A stretch of DNA of 64,000 nucleotides from a bacterium (lineage in GTDB: Bacteria > Patescibacteriota > Saccharimonadia > CAILAD01 > GCA-016700035): contig CP064998.1 in the NCBI GenBank assembly GCA_016700035.1, forward strand, positions 662,699 through 726,698. The letters are read 5' to 3'. Below, piece by piece: positions 18,371 through 28,954 of this stretch (the first letter of the stretch is position 1; every line of letters begins with the position of its first letter). Position numbers and translations under genes: made by a program. Under the pieces are notes generated by a model. The model saw only the letters and a program-made list of their open reading frames with translations, ran no database searches and was not told the DNA's origin.

Positions 18371-19653
18371 AAACTAAAACTCTTTTTCTTTTTACGCTTC
18401 CAAGCCTTAGACTGTCGTGCCAGCTCTTTAGCGGGCAGTAAGCCAGGCGCCAAAAGAATACGGCTCGTTTCTTCAGTAAAGACACCATTTTGTGAACCTT
18501 TTATAAAGACCAGATCTCCCTTGGTAAGCTGTTTTTTAAGATAGTGTCCAGCCTCGTAAGGAGTGCGGAACTGCTTAATATGAGCTCGATCCATACCGGC
18601 ATCTTCGGCGGCTGGACCAATATATTGCCCGGCAACCTTTCCAACTGTAACGAGCATATCAATATTTTTTGTAGCAACATACTGACCTACTTCACGGTGT
18701 AAATCAGCCGATGCCACACCAAGCTCATTCATACTGCCAAGCACGGCGATGTATCGTTTGGCTGATATATCTTTAAGGGCATCAAGACCTGCCTGTACGG
18801 CTTTGGGGCTTGAATTGTATGAATCATCAATCATAGCGGCACCATTAACCGCACCCAATAAGCGCATCCGCCCCACCGGAGACTCAATCTTACCGAGGGC
18901 TAGGGCTATTTTTGCAAAATCCATACCCAGCTCTCTAGCAACACAGGCCGACCCCAGCAATGCACTCAAGCTATGTTGTGCAATAAGTTGGGTCCGTACA
19001 GTCTGGTGTTCTTTACCAATATGTAATTCAGCCACCAACTTACCGCTACGCAATCGCTCAACATTATCAAATCTGACCGCTCCGTAGGCTACTCCGTAAG
19101 CTACGGCTCCTTTGCGACGCTCCATCACAGCTCGCACTTCAGAAAAATCAGCATTATAAAAAACTTGCTTTGCCTCACTCACCAACGCCACCGCGTCATC
19201 ACGCAGTGTATCGAGCGAACTAAAACGCTCCATATGCGCCGGACTTACCCCTGTTAATACACCAATTTCTGGCTGCATCAACCGCACCCACGGCATCATC
19301 ATTGCTCGTTCATCTTCAGCAATCTCTAGCACCACCAAATCATATGGGTAATTATCAATCATGCCTGAGATCTGCTGAAAAACCACCCGCCAGGCCGCCG
19401 GACTAGATATTCGATCTGGTGCCTTCAAGCCAAATAATGCAAGTGGCACGCCAAACTCGGTATTATAACTATCTTCTGAATAGCAAACTTTATGTCCACC
19501 AGCTTCAAGGGTTTTACCAATCGCCACCTTGGTACTAGTTTTACCAACTGTACCTGTTACTATTACAACCTTTATGCTGTGTACCGATAAAAGGCGTTGC
19601 ACATAGCGTCGCAACTGCCGTACAACAATTTTTCCCGCTACCTTTTTTATCAT
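18367..19653 (-). CDS. murF: UDP-N-acetylmuramoyl-tripeptide--D-alanyl-D-alanine ligase
   Basis: Mur ligase P-loop VIVTGTVGKTSTK; directly downstream of ddl. Confidence 0.8.
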   Translation of the reverse strand: MIKKVAGKIVVRQLRRYVQRLLSVHSIKVVIVTGTVGKTSTKVAIGKTLEAGGHKVCYSEDSYNTEFGVPLALFGLKAPDRISSPAAWRVVFQQISGMIDNYPYDLVVLEIAEDERAMMMPWVRLMQPEIGVLTGVSPAHMERFSSLDTLRDDAVALVSEAKQVFYNADFSEVRAVMERRKGAVAYGVAYGAVRFDNVERLRSGKLVAELHIGKEHQTVRTQLIAQHSLSALLGSACVARELGMDFAKIALALGKIESPVGRMRLLGAVNGAAMIDDSYNSSPKAVQAGLDALKDISAKRYIAVLGSMNELGVASADLHREVGQYVATKNIDMLVTVGKVAGQYIGPAAEDAGMDRAHIKQFRTPYEAGHYLKKQLTKGDLVFIKGSQNGVFTEETSRILLAPGLLPAKELARQSKAWKRKKKKSFSL

Positions 19654-20690
19654 TAAGATAATTCTACCACTTCTGGCCGTGTCAGTGCATGTTGAACCAG
19701 CTCATTTACTAAACTGCTAAAATCTATACCTGCCACAGCGGCAGATTGCGTAAAGAGACTATGGTTAGTTAGCTCGGGTAGCGTATTCGCCTCCAGCACC
19801 CACAGTCGACGTCGAGCCAAAATCATATCGACCCGACTGTACCCTTGTAGCTTTAATATTTTATGCACCCCAAAGGCATACTGCATAATTGCCTTCTGGG
19901 TTGAGCTAGAAAATGGTGCTGGTGTAATCACTTCCGTAACTTTAGCCGTATACTTTGCGCGGTAATCAAAGAAGCTCTTTTTGGCATATCGAATCAATGT
20001 TGGCGGTAGCGCCATAGTCGTGCCATCACGCTCTAAAATACCACAACTAACTTCATGGCCAGCTACATACTGTTGCACAATCACCCGATCATATTTGGCG
20101 CTTGCCAGCTCCAGAGCTTCGGTCAGCTCATTAACCGTGCGAGCTATCGATACGCCAATTGAGCTACCGCTTGCATTGGGCTTAATAATAACCGGCAAGC
20201 CATAAGCTGCTACTGACTGCCTGATAATACGCGCCCGGGCCGCTACCCAGCGAGACCGTTCAATCATTGTATAATCTGGTACCGCTATACCAGATCGGCG
20301 CAAAACTTGACTGGTAGCATGCTTATCAAAAGCCAGTCGGCTAGCCCGTACGCCACTCCCTTGATAGGGCAATCCCGCTTGATCTAAGAGGCGCTGAATA
20401 CCACCATCCTCACCAAATTTACCATGCATGGCTATTATCGCCACGTCTATTAAATGAGGTAGCCGCTCAACAGCGTCCCGTACGCCAAAAGCCTCATCGT
20501 ATTCATTAGCCCGATAAGCTTCGGGGTTGGCATAGACATACCAGCTCTGGTCCGGTGTCACTAATATTGGCCTTATCATATAGCCTAACTGTTCCAGCGC
20601 CAATAAGATATTATCCGCCGTCGCCCGTGACACTTCATATTCGGGAGATGGACCCCCAATCAATACCCCTACTCTCACCCCTGTTTGCAT
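19653..20690 (-). CDS. ddl: D-alanine--D-alanine ligase
   Basis: N-terminal VGVLIGGPSPEYEVS and ATP-grasp fold motifs. Confidence 0.9.
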   Translation of the reverse strand: MQTGVRVGVLIGGPSPEYEVSRATADNILLALEQLGYMIRPILVTPDQSWYVYANPEAYRANEYDEAFGVRDAVERLPHLIDVAIIAMHGKFGEDGGIQRLLDQAGLPYQGSGVRASRLAFDKHATSQVLRRSGIAVPDYTMIERSRWVAARARIIRQSVAAYGLPVIIKPNASGSSIGVSIARTVNELTEALELASAKYDRVIVQQYVAGHEVSCGILERDGTTMALPPTLIRYAKKSFFDYRAKYTAKVTEVITPAPFSSSTQKAIMQYAFGVHKILKLQGYSRVDMILARRRLWVLEANTLPELTNHSLFTQSAAVAGIDFSSLVNELVQHALTRPEVVELS

Positions 20691-20717
20691 GCCCTATAGT
20701 ATAACTTGCTTTATTTG

Positions 20718-21083
20718 CTATCTACCAGCCCGACGCGCCTTTGGCAGACACCAAGCGACTACTCGTAAAATAATAATTGGCGTAAGGCCCACTACTGCCA
20801 TAGCTATTATTAACATCTGCACGTAATTTAGTCGTAAAAATGCCAATACCACAGTAGATGTCATGAGAATAATTAGTAGAACCGACCATCCAACCAATCT
20901 TATCTGCCTATCTACTGGCTTATTGGTGTGTTCGGGCTTAACTAAATTATTAAAATTAGACAGGGATCGTAACTGCTTTAAAAATTTCTTTCTGTCATAG
21001 CTCGCCTCAGAAGCCAAGACACTCACGCCATCCATAAATTGAGGACTATACATTGATAAATAATTACGTAGCCAGGCCTGCAT
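20718..21083 (-). CDS. hypothetical membrane protein
   Basis: 121-aa ORF with two predicted TM helices. Confidence 0.4.
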   Translation of the reverse strand: MQAWLRNYLSMYSPQFMDGVSVLASEASYDRKKFLKQLRSLSNFNNLVKPEHTNKPVDRQIRLVGWSVLLIILMTSTVVLAFLRLNYVQMLIIAMAVVGLTPIIILRVVAWCLPKARRAGR

Positions 21084-21163
21084 AGTAATTATTATAACTT
21101 AGAGAGATATAACTAAAAGGTCATCAAATTTGTAGCCGGGAACTCAAGAACCCCGACCAACAC

Positions 21164-21613
21164 TTGGTTGACCGGGGTTCTAAAGTTGTCTCGGTGGTGG
21201 ACCTACTAGGTCGTCTTTCGCGGTCACAGTTGTATCTGGAAAAGCGAACCATAAACGGATTCAATACGAACGTGAGATGGATCGGGGCGAAGGGATCGCC
21301 TGTCGAGGGTGGTTCTGCGGTACATACCCTCTCTTCATCTCGCCATCGGCACTTGTCGTCAAGCGAGGCAGCAGAGCTCGTGGCCCGATACCGAGCCGGA
21401 GAGAAGATCAAGGATCTCGCGGTCAGCTACAAAATCCACCGCTCCACTGTGATGGCACACTTACGTAGAGGTGGCGAGCTGAAGCACAAGGGCTGGACCG
21501 AGGAGACCACGGCGGAGGCCAGGAAGCTCAGAGCTGCCGGCCTAACGATCGTGGAGATCGCAGCCAGACTTGGACGACCACCGTCGACGGTCCAGAGACG
21601 GCTGAACCAGTAG
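21164..21613 (+). CDS. tandem-HTH protein resembling an IS-transposase N-terminal fragment; high GC
   Basis: two HTH-like segments AELVARYRAGEKIKDLAVSYKIHRSTVMAHLRR and LRAAGLTIVEIAARLGRPPSTVQRRL; no catalytic domain follows. Confidence 0.45.
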   Translation: MVDRGSKVVSVVDLLGRLSRSQLYLEKRTINGFNTNVRWIGAKGSPVEGGSAVHTLSSSRHRHLSSSEAAELVARYRAGEKIKDLAVSYKIHRSTVMAHLRRGGELKHKGWTEETTAEARKLRAAGLTIVEIAARLGRPPSTVQRRLNQ

Positions 21614-21618
21614 CACTA

Positions 21619-21855
21619 TCACCCTTTCTTGATTCTCGCCTTGAGTCTCCGGTTTTCTTCTGCAAGCTCTGCCACTTCTTCGACTTTGCTCCAGTATTCC
21701 TTTGCGTGCCTCGCGTTCTCTTCCTTTTCTCGTGCTCTCCTAAGATTGTGCTCCTTAGCGTTACTCTTGAGGACGCGATCAACAACAAACCCAGTGGCAA
21801 GTATCCCTATTAGAAGCCCCCACCAGAACTCTGCAATGGACAAAACGTCTATCAT
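21619..21855 (-). CDS. small membrane-anchored coiled-coil protein
   Basis: N-terminal TM plus Lys/Glu/Arg-rich helix. Confidence 0.35.
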   Translation of the reverse strand: MIDVLSIAEFWWGLLIGILATGFVVDRVLKSNAKEHNLRRAREKEENARHAKEYWSKVEEVAELAEENRRLKARIKKG

Positions 21856-21966
21856 AATTCAATTCTAAGTCATTATTGCCAAAATGAGTAGATACCTGTC
21901 ACCAATAGGAAGCCCACCCAGCTCGAACTGCTGCCCTCAACTGTATGGAGGAGCGACTCAGCATGC

Positions 21967-22305
21967 CTAGAGGACACTGCGCAGTGATTCCACGCCGTGA
22001 CCAGAAGTCAACTTCGCGAGATTCTCCACCTCTTGAAGTGCTTCATCGTGCCCATATATTGGAGCGCCGTTTCCAGTTGGATATGAATTCCACTCGACGA
22101 ATTCAGCCTCTGCACCATCTCGCATTATCGAAGTTAGATTGTCGAGTATCGAGCTCACAGCAAGATGCTTTGCAGGATGAGATTTCTCCTGCACCCGTGC
22201 AACAATTTCGATTTGCTCACGAAGATCGATCAGATCGTCAAGTACGATGAGCTGCCTCCTTAAGTCATTCAACAAGAACTCCCTATTCGACTCCTTAAGA
22301 TTCAT
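21967..22305 (-). CDS. hypothetical protein
   Basis: 112-aa ORF, no motif recognised. Confidence 0.35.
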   Translation of the reverse strand: MNLKESNREFLLNDLRRQLIVLDDLIDLREQIEIVARVQEKSHPAKHLAVSSILDNLTSIMRDGAEAEFVEWNSYPTGNGAPIYGHDEALQEVENLAKLTSGHGVESLRSVL

Positions 22306-22358
22306 GCGGGACCACCTCCTTATCCTATTTATATGCAGTTGTGCCTAATTATACTCTT

Positions 22359-22940
22359 CTAGGCAGTCTCGGCACGCTTCTGCTGGTTCAGTTGACTCAC
22401 CTTGTATCCAGATATATTTAGGATCTCAGCAGTTTCAGAGAGCGTGAATCCCTCTTCGAGAAGCTCAGCTACAAGTCCTTGTCGCCTTTCATTAACAACA
22501 CTCATCCGCGCATAGAATTCATCACGGCGCCCCCAGCCGCGCTGTTCAGCCCATATGCTTGGTACAAAGTAGGGCTCTTCTCGGCGAGGTCCCGCCAGAT
22601 GCTGGTATCCAAGTAAGGATGCAACGAACTTGAGGAGCAATATCAACACCACCCTCTCATCTACCGTTAGCTTAAGTTGTTTGAGCGTTGACTCAATATA
22701 GCTAAGCTGGACTTCTAGGTAGTCGATGAACTGCTGACTAGCATTCAGAGCAAGAACATCCTTACGGAATTTTCTCAGTAGCTTTCGACACTCTTTTCGG
22801 AAGAGAATTGGATCATTGAATTCAGATGCAGTGCCGTAGTACTTCTTCTCGCCAAAGACTTGGCGAAACAGGTTCTCTGCTAGCATCGGTAGCGAACTGG
22901 CCGCTAAAGGAATCGGCTCTTCTTTCATGTATGTATTCAA
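22359..22940 (-). CDS. hypothetical protein with C-terminal sigma70-region-4/LuxR-like HTH
   Basis: C-terminal FTLSETAEILNISGYKVSQL. Confidence 0.45.
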   Translation of the reverse strand: MNTYMKEEPIPLAASSLPMLAENLFRQVFGEKKYYGTASEFNDPILFRKECRKLLRKFRKDVLALNASQQFIDYLEVQLSYIESTLKQLKLTVDERVVLILLLKFVASLLGYQHLAGPRREEPYFVPSIWAEQRGWGRRDEFYARMSVVNERRQGLVAELLEEGFTLSETAEILNISGYKVSQLNQQKRAETA

Positions 22941-23087
22941 TTATAGCCTATAGCCCCAAAACCTTGACAATGCATGTAAGAACTGCGAAGACGAAAATAG
23001 ACCCTTGCAAAGGGCCTACATACTGAATACTATCTGTCCCACAGCTTCTGAAAGATGCCAGAAGTCGGGTTTCTATTGGTGTCTTAC

Positions 23088-23164
<77 letters not shown>

Positions 23165-23394
23165 AAGATAATCACGCACCCCTATCATAACATCAATGTT
23201 CTAACGTACTGTTTTGGCTAGAGCGCTTGGGCTTTAAGGCACGACTAGCATCGTGACAGCCAACTTGAGCTATAGCCCCAAGATAATCACGCACCCCTAT
23301 CATAACATCAATGTTCTAACGTACTGTTTTGGCTAGAGCGCTTGGGCTTTAAGGCACGACTAGCATCGTGACAGCCAACTTGAGCTATAGCCCC
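23165..23394. repeat. two tandem 115-bp units immediately 5' of tRNA-Ala, each ending with a copy of the tRNA's first 22 nt
   Basis: ccccaagataatcacgcacccc recurs at 23161, 23276 and 23391. Each unit carries a TTGATG-17-GATTAT promoter-like box and an inverted 16-nt D-arm fragment. Confidence 0.85.
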
Positions 23395-23532
23395 AAAGAT
23401 TAAATGATTATGATCCTCCCCAAATAAGGAGCCTGAGGCACCTCCATAGAACTGCTCTATTTTGTCAAACTTAACTATAAATATCAACTAATAAGTGCCC
23501 CGCCCCTCTAAAGAGAGATGAGGCACAAGTTA

Positions 23533-23868
23533 CTACGAGACAGCCGAAAGATGTCCGTGCGTAACGGGCCGCTTCTTGCCCGGTGGTTGACGCTTGCGTG
23601 GTTTGCGCCTATCCGCGTGCTTCTGCTTCGAGACTGGCGCCTCATCGACGGCAGTTGGCAAGCGCAAATTGTCCTTCAATCGGTAACCCATCCAGCAATC
23701 CTTATTACAGAATGCTGGTGGCTTGGTGAGCGGGCTGTTCTCATAGTCGTACAGAGTTCGACCAACCGCACCGCACTCTGCGCAAGCTGTGGCGTCGGGG
23801 CGAATCTCTCGCACCGTCCGATAGGTCTTGGTGACACGGACGGCCAGGAAACCTTTTATAGGTGCCAA
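23533..23868 (-). CDS. small zinc-ribbon-like basic protein, high GC
   Basis: CAECG...CNKDC Cys pairs; Lys/Arg/Pro-rich tail. Confidence 0.4.
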   Translation of the reverse strand: MAPIKGFLAVRVTKTYRTVREIRPDATACAECGAVGRTLYDYENSPLTKPPAFCNKDCWMGYRLKDNLRLPTAVDEAPVSKQKHADRRKPRKRQPPGKKRPVTHGHLSAVS

Positions 23869-23991
23869 TGGTGCTCTTTCCTATGGGGTACAAAAACTAT
23901 CGCATAATATATCTTTACTCACAATAAGTCAATTGCTAAAACTATTAATAAGCACTTTCCCAATTACTATACAATTCCTATACTTGATGAA

Positions 23992-24537
23992 CTATTGCCT
24001 GCTCGCTGACAATACAACATGCTTATTGGTCCGAGCCACCACCTGATAGTTTTTAAAGGCAGACTGCAGGCTTCGTTGCACCCAAGGCTTAAGACGAGCC
24101 TCAACGACAATCATCAAAGTGCCTCCCCGCTCAAGACGTCCATGACTCTCAGAGATCATATTTTCCACCACTTCCCGGCCACGGTGCGTCGGTGGGTTAC
24201 TGACAATTAAATTGGTCTCTTTTGTATCCACATCATCAAAACCATGGCTGGCTACTATCATTAAGTTTTTTAACTTATTCAATGCAATATTCTTTTGTGC
24301 CACCCTAACTGCGCCAATATCACTATCGAGGCCAATTACAGTTGCTTCGGGCCTATTGGCTGCCAACCACAGTGCCATGGCGCCCCAGCCACAGCCCCAG
24401 TCGAGCGCGTTAGTATATTCAATATCTGAAAGTTGCTCCAAAAGCAACCGTGTGCCACGATCTAAACCTTTAGGACTAAACAAATCTGGGCTAGCATGAC
24501 AGGTTATTTTGATATTATTTACTTCAAAATCTACCAC
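23992..24537 (-). CDS. rRNA methyltransferase, RsmC/RlmG-like small-domain methyltransferase
   Basis: LDWGCGWGAMALWLA motif I and VSNPPTHRG motif IV. Confidence 0.7.
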   Translation of the reverse strand: MVDFEVNNIKITCHASPDLFSPKGLDRGTRLLLEQLSDIEYTNALDWGCGWGAMALWLAANRPEATVIGLDSDIGAVRVAQKNIALNKLKNLMIVASHGFDDVDTKETNLIVSNPPTHRGREVVENMISESHGRLERGGTLMIVVEARLKPWVQRSLQSAFKNYQVVARTNKHVVLSASRQ

Positions 24538-25793
24538 GTCAGCTCACTATCTCCAACTACAATTGTAGTTTTACCTTCTGGTGCACCAAGCTGTTTTAGT
24601 CGACGAAATACGCCAGCTCGACTCATGGCTCGGCGCAGACGCTCCACCGCTTGATCTTGGCTGAAATTCGTTCGCCCAATCCAACGATCAGCCACCACAC
24701 CTTTTAATACAAATCGATCATCGGCTTCGGGTTCCAAATACCAATCTACCACCGACTCAACTGGCACATCGATAATCTGCTCTTCAATAACCTCCTCTTC
24801 GGGCTGAGCGGCATTAATGCAATGCGTAACGGCATTAAGCAAATCATCAACCCCTCGATGTTCTTGAGCAGAAATAACGACGACATTTTTCTGCGCCACA
24901 CCAGCTACTTGTGCCAACTGTCTGCGCTTCACCTTAAGCTCATCTTCAGTCAAATAACTTGCCTTTGATAGAGCCACTACAACCGGTTTTTTAGCCAGCT
25001 TATCCGAATAGCCTGCTAGCTCCTTGCGGATCGTTGTGTAACTTTTAGCGATATTCACATCTGTAGCATCCACTAAATGCACCAAAGCTCGAGTTCGCTC
25101 AACATGGCGCAAGAATGCATCACCCAGACCCTTCCCTTCTGAAGCCCCTTCAATCAATCCTGGAATATCAGCGAAAACCAGTTCACGGTCGTGAAATCGC
25201 ACCACACCGAGATTGGGCGTCAACGTAGTAAATGCGTAATCGGCAATTTTGGGGCGGGCTGAACTAACAACTGATAATAGTGTTGATTTTCCAGCATTGG
25301 GTAGCCCCACCAAACCAACATCCGCAATAAGTTTTAGCTCAAACACCAACTCAGCAGTACCTCCCGGCAAACCTAACTCAGCAAATTTTGGCGCCTGGTA
25401 GGTAGAGCTTACAAAATGCGTATTACCTCGACCACCATTGCCACCCCGCGCAACAATGGCCGTCTGGCCGTCTTCGGTAAGATCAGCAACCACATCATCA
25501 CCATGACGAATAATCGTACCTGGAGGCACAATAAGGGTAAAATCTTGTCCATTTTTACCTGAACGTTTATTTGGCCCACCAGCTACACCAGCCTCAGCTT
25601 TCCAGAGTTTTTTAACTCGGTAATCGGACAGTGTTGAGCTATTGTGGCTAGCTTGCACTACCACATCACCACCGCGCCCACCATCACCACCATCTGGGCC
25701 ACCCTTAGGATTATGACGCGTACGATGAAACGAAGCCCGGCCATCACCACCGCGCCCCGCTTGAACATTAACCTGTGCATAATCGAGAAACAT
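24531..25793 (-). CDS. obg: GTPase Obg
   Basis: Gly-rich Obg fold N-terminus GRGGDGRASFHR...GGDGGRGGDV and G1 motif GLPNAGKSTL. Confidence 0.95.
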   Translation of the reverse strand: MFLDYAQVNVQAGRGGDGRASFHRTRHNPKGGPDGGDGGRGGDVVVQASHNSSTLSDYRVKKLWKAEAGVAGGPNKRSGKNGQDFTLIVPPGTIIRHGDDVVADLTEDGQTAIVARGGNGGRGNTHFVSSTYQAPKFAELGLPGGTAELVFELKLIADVGLVGLPNAGKSTLLSVVSSARPKIADYAFTTLTPNLGVVRFHDRELVFADIPGLIEGASEGKGLGDAFLRHVERTRALVHLVDATDVNIAKSYTTIRKELAGYSDKLAKKPVVVALSKASYLTEDELKVKRRQLAQVAGVAQKNVVVISAQEHRGVDDLLNAVTHCINAAQPEEEVIEEQIIDVPVESVVDWYLEPEADDRFVLKGVVADRWIGRTNFSQDQAVERLRRAMSRAGVFRRLKQLGAPEGKTTIVVGDSELTW

Positions 25794-25956
25794 AATAATA
25801 TATTACTAACTTAAAACTTTGACAGTATAACAGATTTATGGTTATATTGCACTAAGCTTGCACCTATTTGCATCGGGGGGACTATGCAGACCAAAAACTA
25901 TTGCTTATTTATTGCCTATCTATCATGCGCTTCTCTTAAGATGAAAAGTCATACCC

Positions 25957-26217
25957 ATGGATCTGCTTAAGGGCATAGTCGCCATTCTAATTGGCTTAGT
26001 GATATTGCGGATTAGCTGGCACAAACAGCTAGTGGTATATGCTCTAATTGTCACTGACACTAAGCGAATCATCGCACAAAACCCCCATGCCGATCTCGAC
26101 TCCGATGCTGACTTCGTCAAGCATCAAGATCGCTACCGAGGGTGGCTACTTATCGTCATCTCATCACTATGCATTATCATGTATGGTGGTGGCCTGGTGC
26201 TAGCCAGTATTCTCTAA
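25957..26217 (+). CDS. small membrane protein
   Basis: two TM helices; followed by the terminator at 26222-26260. Confidence 0.4.
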   Translation: MDLLKGIVAILIGLVILRISWHKQLVVYALIVTDTKRIIAQNPHADLDSDADFVKHQDRYRGWLLIVISSLCIIMYGGGLVLASIL

Positions 26218-26221
26218 ACAA

Positions 26222-26260
26222 AACCGACCCGATGAAAATGTTCTGGGTCGGCTTCTTTTA
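26222..26260 (+). terminator. rho-independent terminator
   Basis: ccgacccgatgaaaatgttctgggtcgg followed by CTTCTTTTA. Confidence 0.6.
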
Positions 26261-26272
26261 TGGTTAGCTTTT

Positions 26273-27415
26273 TTAATAGATGTAGCGGAAAGTACTAGCT
26301 GGTACGGTTCGCGAACTAACTCGGTTCCAACCACCGTTATAGTTCATCTCTGAAACAGTCACCATACCACCGTTAACACTCTCAACGTAGGCCACATGAC
26401 CATATCCGCCCCAGCCGTCAGCTGTTTGAGCAATTGCACCAGCCTGAGGTGCGGCACCAACTGCATAACCTGAAGCGATTGCGTTATAGTACCACTGACT
26501 AGCATTACCCCAGTTACCGGGAATAGACCGTCGGCTTGCTACATAATAAGTGCAGTATCCACGCGTATAGCTATTACCACCAAAAGTCGGCTTAAAGTTG
26601 GCGATGGTTGGCTTAGGCTGAGCGGCAACGCTGGCAAGCCGTGTAACTGGCGCAGGATCTGGACTATTATCTGGCTTAATACCATCTGGGATGATAATCT
26701 TTTGCCCAACCGCTAGTGGTTTGCCCTCTAGCTGGTTAAAGCTATCTATAAGATTAGCACTAGCCTGATAGCGTGAAGCTAGCTCTTCAAGAGTTTCACC
26801 ACCAGTGACAGAATACAGCAGACCATTAACCGGCAATATCGTAAGCTTCGAGCCAGGCTTTAGGACTGCATCGGTCGCTAAGTCATTTGCCCACAGCACT
26901 GTATCACTAGTAACGCCATATTTTTGTGCGATTGCCGAGACGGTTTCACCACCAGCTACTGTATGGATGCTAACCGTTCGATTCGCAACACCACCACTGG
27001 CAATTGGCGCCCTCTTAGAAAGGAATGACTCGCCAGTTGTAGCTAGCTTAGCTTGACCAGCCACAGTTACAGCTCGTTCCTTTACATCGGCCGCAATTAG
27101 CGAATGGCTCTGTTCAGCCAATATCGCCCCAGCCGCCAACATCGTTGATTGATCCTCAGTCGAAGTGGCTCCGCGCCCTCCACCCTTAAGGCCAGTAATA
27201 CTTTCGGCTTGAATTTTACCAGCTGCAACAATAAAAATTGCACCAGCCACAACTAGGGCATGCGAGGCCAGACGCCAGGCGCCACCATGAGAAATTGATT
27301 TTTTTACTTTAGTCCCGTGGCCCATCAAAAATGAATGGGCTGGGCTTTGATTTGTACCCTCTTCAGTCTGAGGGGTGTTTGTGTAAGAAGAAGTCTTCGC
27401 CACTCCATTTAGCAC
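26273..27415 (-). CDS. secreted peptidoglycan hydrolase with two LysM domains and C-terminal CHAP domain
   Basis: LysM consensus (YSVTGGETLEELASRY...GQKIIIP) twice; CHAP Cys in YTRGYCTYYV with downstream His. Confidence 0.8.
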   Translation of the reverse strand: MLNGVAKTSSYTNTPQTEEGTNQSPAHSFLMGHGTKVKKSISHGGAWRLASHALVVAGAIFIVAAGKIQAESITGLKGGGRGATSTEDQSTMLAAGAILAEQSHSLIAADVKERAVTVAGQAKLATTGESFLSKRAPIASGGVANRTVSIHTVAGGETVSAIAQKYGVTSDTVLWANDLATDAVLKPGSKLTILPVNGLLYSVTGGETLEELASRYQASANLIDSFNQLEGKPLAVGQKIIIPDGIKPDNSPDPAPVTRLASVAAQPKPTIANFKPTFGGNSYTRGYCTYYVASRRSIPGNWGNASQWYYNAIASGYAVGAAPQAGAIAQTADGWGGYGHVAYVESVNGGMVTVSEMNYNGGWNRVSSRTVPASTFRYIY

Positions 27416-27852
27416 ACCAGCTGTGTGGTTTGCAGATGAAGCGATGCTTGGGCTTATTCTACAAATAGAGCACTCCGTTGCTTGCGACTGTCGGTTTCAC
27501 TTTTGGTTATTGTTATAAAAGTAACCCGCCGATATTCAAGCTTTATATTAACTGTCTTCGCAGTCGGTCTCCACTGGTAGTGGACAAACGCACAATCGAC
27601 CTAAAGTTATTGTATTCGTGCGTCGTATCAGACTGGATAGACAGGAGTTTTTTGAGAAGCAAACTGTGGGGTAAGCGGAGGGACACCAAGATTAGGCTTA
27701 CAACTCCACCACAGGCTTTCAAAAAGCTACGTTCGCTATACTAACAAAGCCCCGTAGCACTGTCAACAAGCCGATTCATATCTGTAAAATTAGCTACTTT
27801 ACTAAAAATACCCTGATATACGGACCACTCAGTAATCCACAGCTTTTTACAA

Positions 27853-28950
27853 TTACTGTAAGTGTTTTTTAATATTAGCCTGGTGTTCGGCATAGGTTTG
27901 AGCAAAATAAACTTGCCTATCTTTACCGATAAAAAAGTAATAATCATTTGGCTGGGCGTATATTACCGCCTTAATTGAGTCAAGACTTGGGTTGCAAATT
28001 GGCGTTGGTGGCAGACCCTTTGTGCGATAGGTATTGTACGGCGAATTAATCGTCAAATCTTGGGCTGATGGCACAACTTTACCGGTAGCATAATTGATGG
28101 TTGGGTCGCTCTCCAAGCGCATTCCATCATTTAGTCGGTTATAAAAAACGGCTGCAATTTTTGCCCGGTCGTCACTTTTAGCTGCCTCTTTTTCCACCAT
28201 TGAAGCCAAGATTAACCGTTGATATGGTGTGAGACGAGCAACATACGGATGCACCGTTTTACCAGCTTCAGGCGCCGGATTAACTAAATAGCTTAGTGCT
28301 TCAGACTTAAAAGTTGCGAGCATCTTCTGAGCCAATACACTTGCGTCTTGATTTTTAAGAATCTCATAAGTATCAGGGAAATAAACCCCTTCCGGGTTGG
28401 TCTCGCTAGTTGGTGCCTCAAGTTGACGTAATAACTGGTTAGCTTCTGGCTGAGTTCTGGCGAGCGACTCAAATTCCTGACCCGTAAAACCTGTATCTTT
28501 TTCTAAAGCAACACCAATCTGCTTAATAGTCTTACCTTCAGCAATAGTAATTTGCCGAGAAGCAATTTTGCCGGAAGCCAGATAATCAACAATTTGAACC
28601 GTCGACATCCCTGAAGCAAGCATATACGGCCCTGGCTTGAGCTGGCCACGCGCTGGACCAAGCCGAGCATACAAGCTAAAAAGTGTGGTGTTTGAGATAA
28701 TCGCACTACTCTTCAAATCCTGAGCAATAGAGTCGATCGAACTACCTTCTTTAATCGTAATAAGCTTTGGTGCGCCCATGCCAGACGATGTATTAATCGA
28801 ATATAATGCCCAACCAAAAATCAGAACCGTCATTATTATCCCTAGTGAAACTATAATCACTAGCGTTTTAGCTATTTTTCGTGCCCCATCAGGACGTTTT
28901 GCAGTAGCATGGCTCGAGCCTAAATTTTGGCTCCGTGGCTGTTGTGGCAT
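27853..28950 (-). CDS. mltG: endolytic murein transglycosylase MltG/YceG; start taken at MPQQ to abut ruvX
   Basis: N-terminal TM; YceG motifs VEKEA...SPYNTYRTKGLPPTPICNP. Confidence 0.85.
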   Translation of the reverse strand: MPQQPRSQNLGSSHATAKRPDGARKIAKTLVIIVSLGIIMTVLIFGWALYSINTSSGMGAPKLITIKEGSSIDSIAQDLKSSAIISNTTLFSLYARLGPARGQLKPGPYMLASGMSTVQIVDYLASGKIASRQITIAEGKTIKQIGVALEKDTGFTGQEFESLARTQPEANQLLRQLEAPTSETNPEGVYFPDTYEILKNQDASVLAQKMLATFKSEALSYLVNPAPEAGKTVHPYVARLTPYQRLILASMVEKEAAKSDDRAKIAAVFYNRLNDGMRLESDPTINYATGKVVPSAQDLTINSPYNTYRTKGLPPTPICNPSLDSIKAVIYAQPNDYYFFIGKDRQVYFAQTYAEHQANIKKHLQ

Positions 28951-28954
28951 TATT

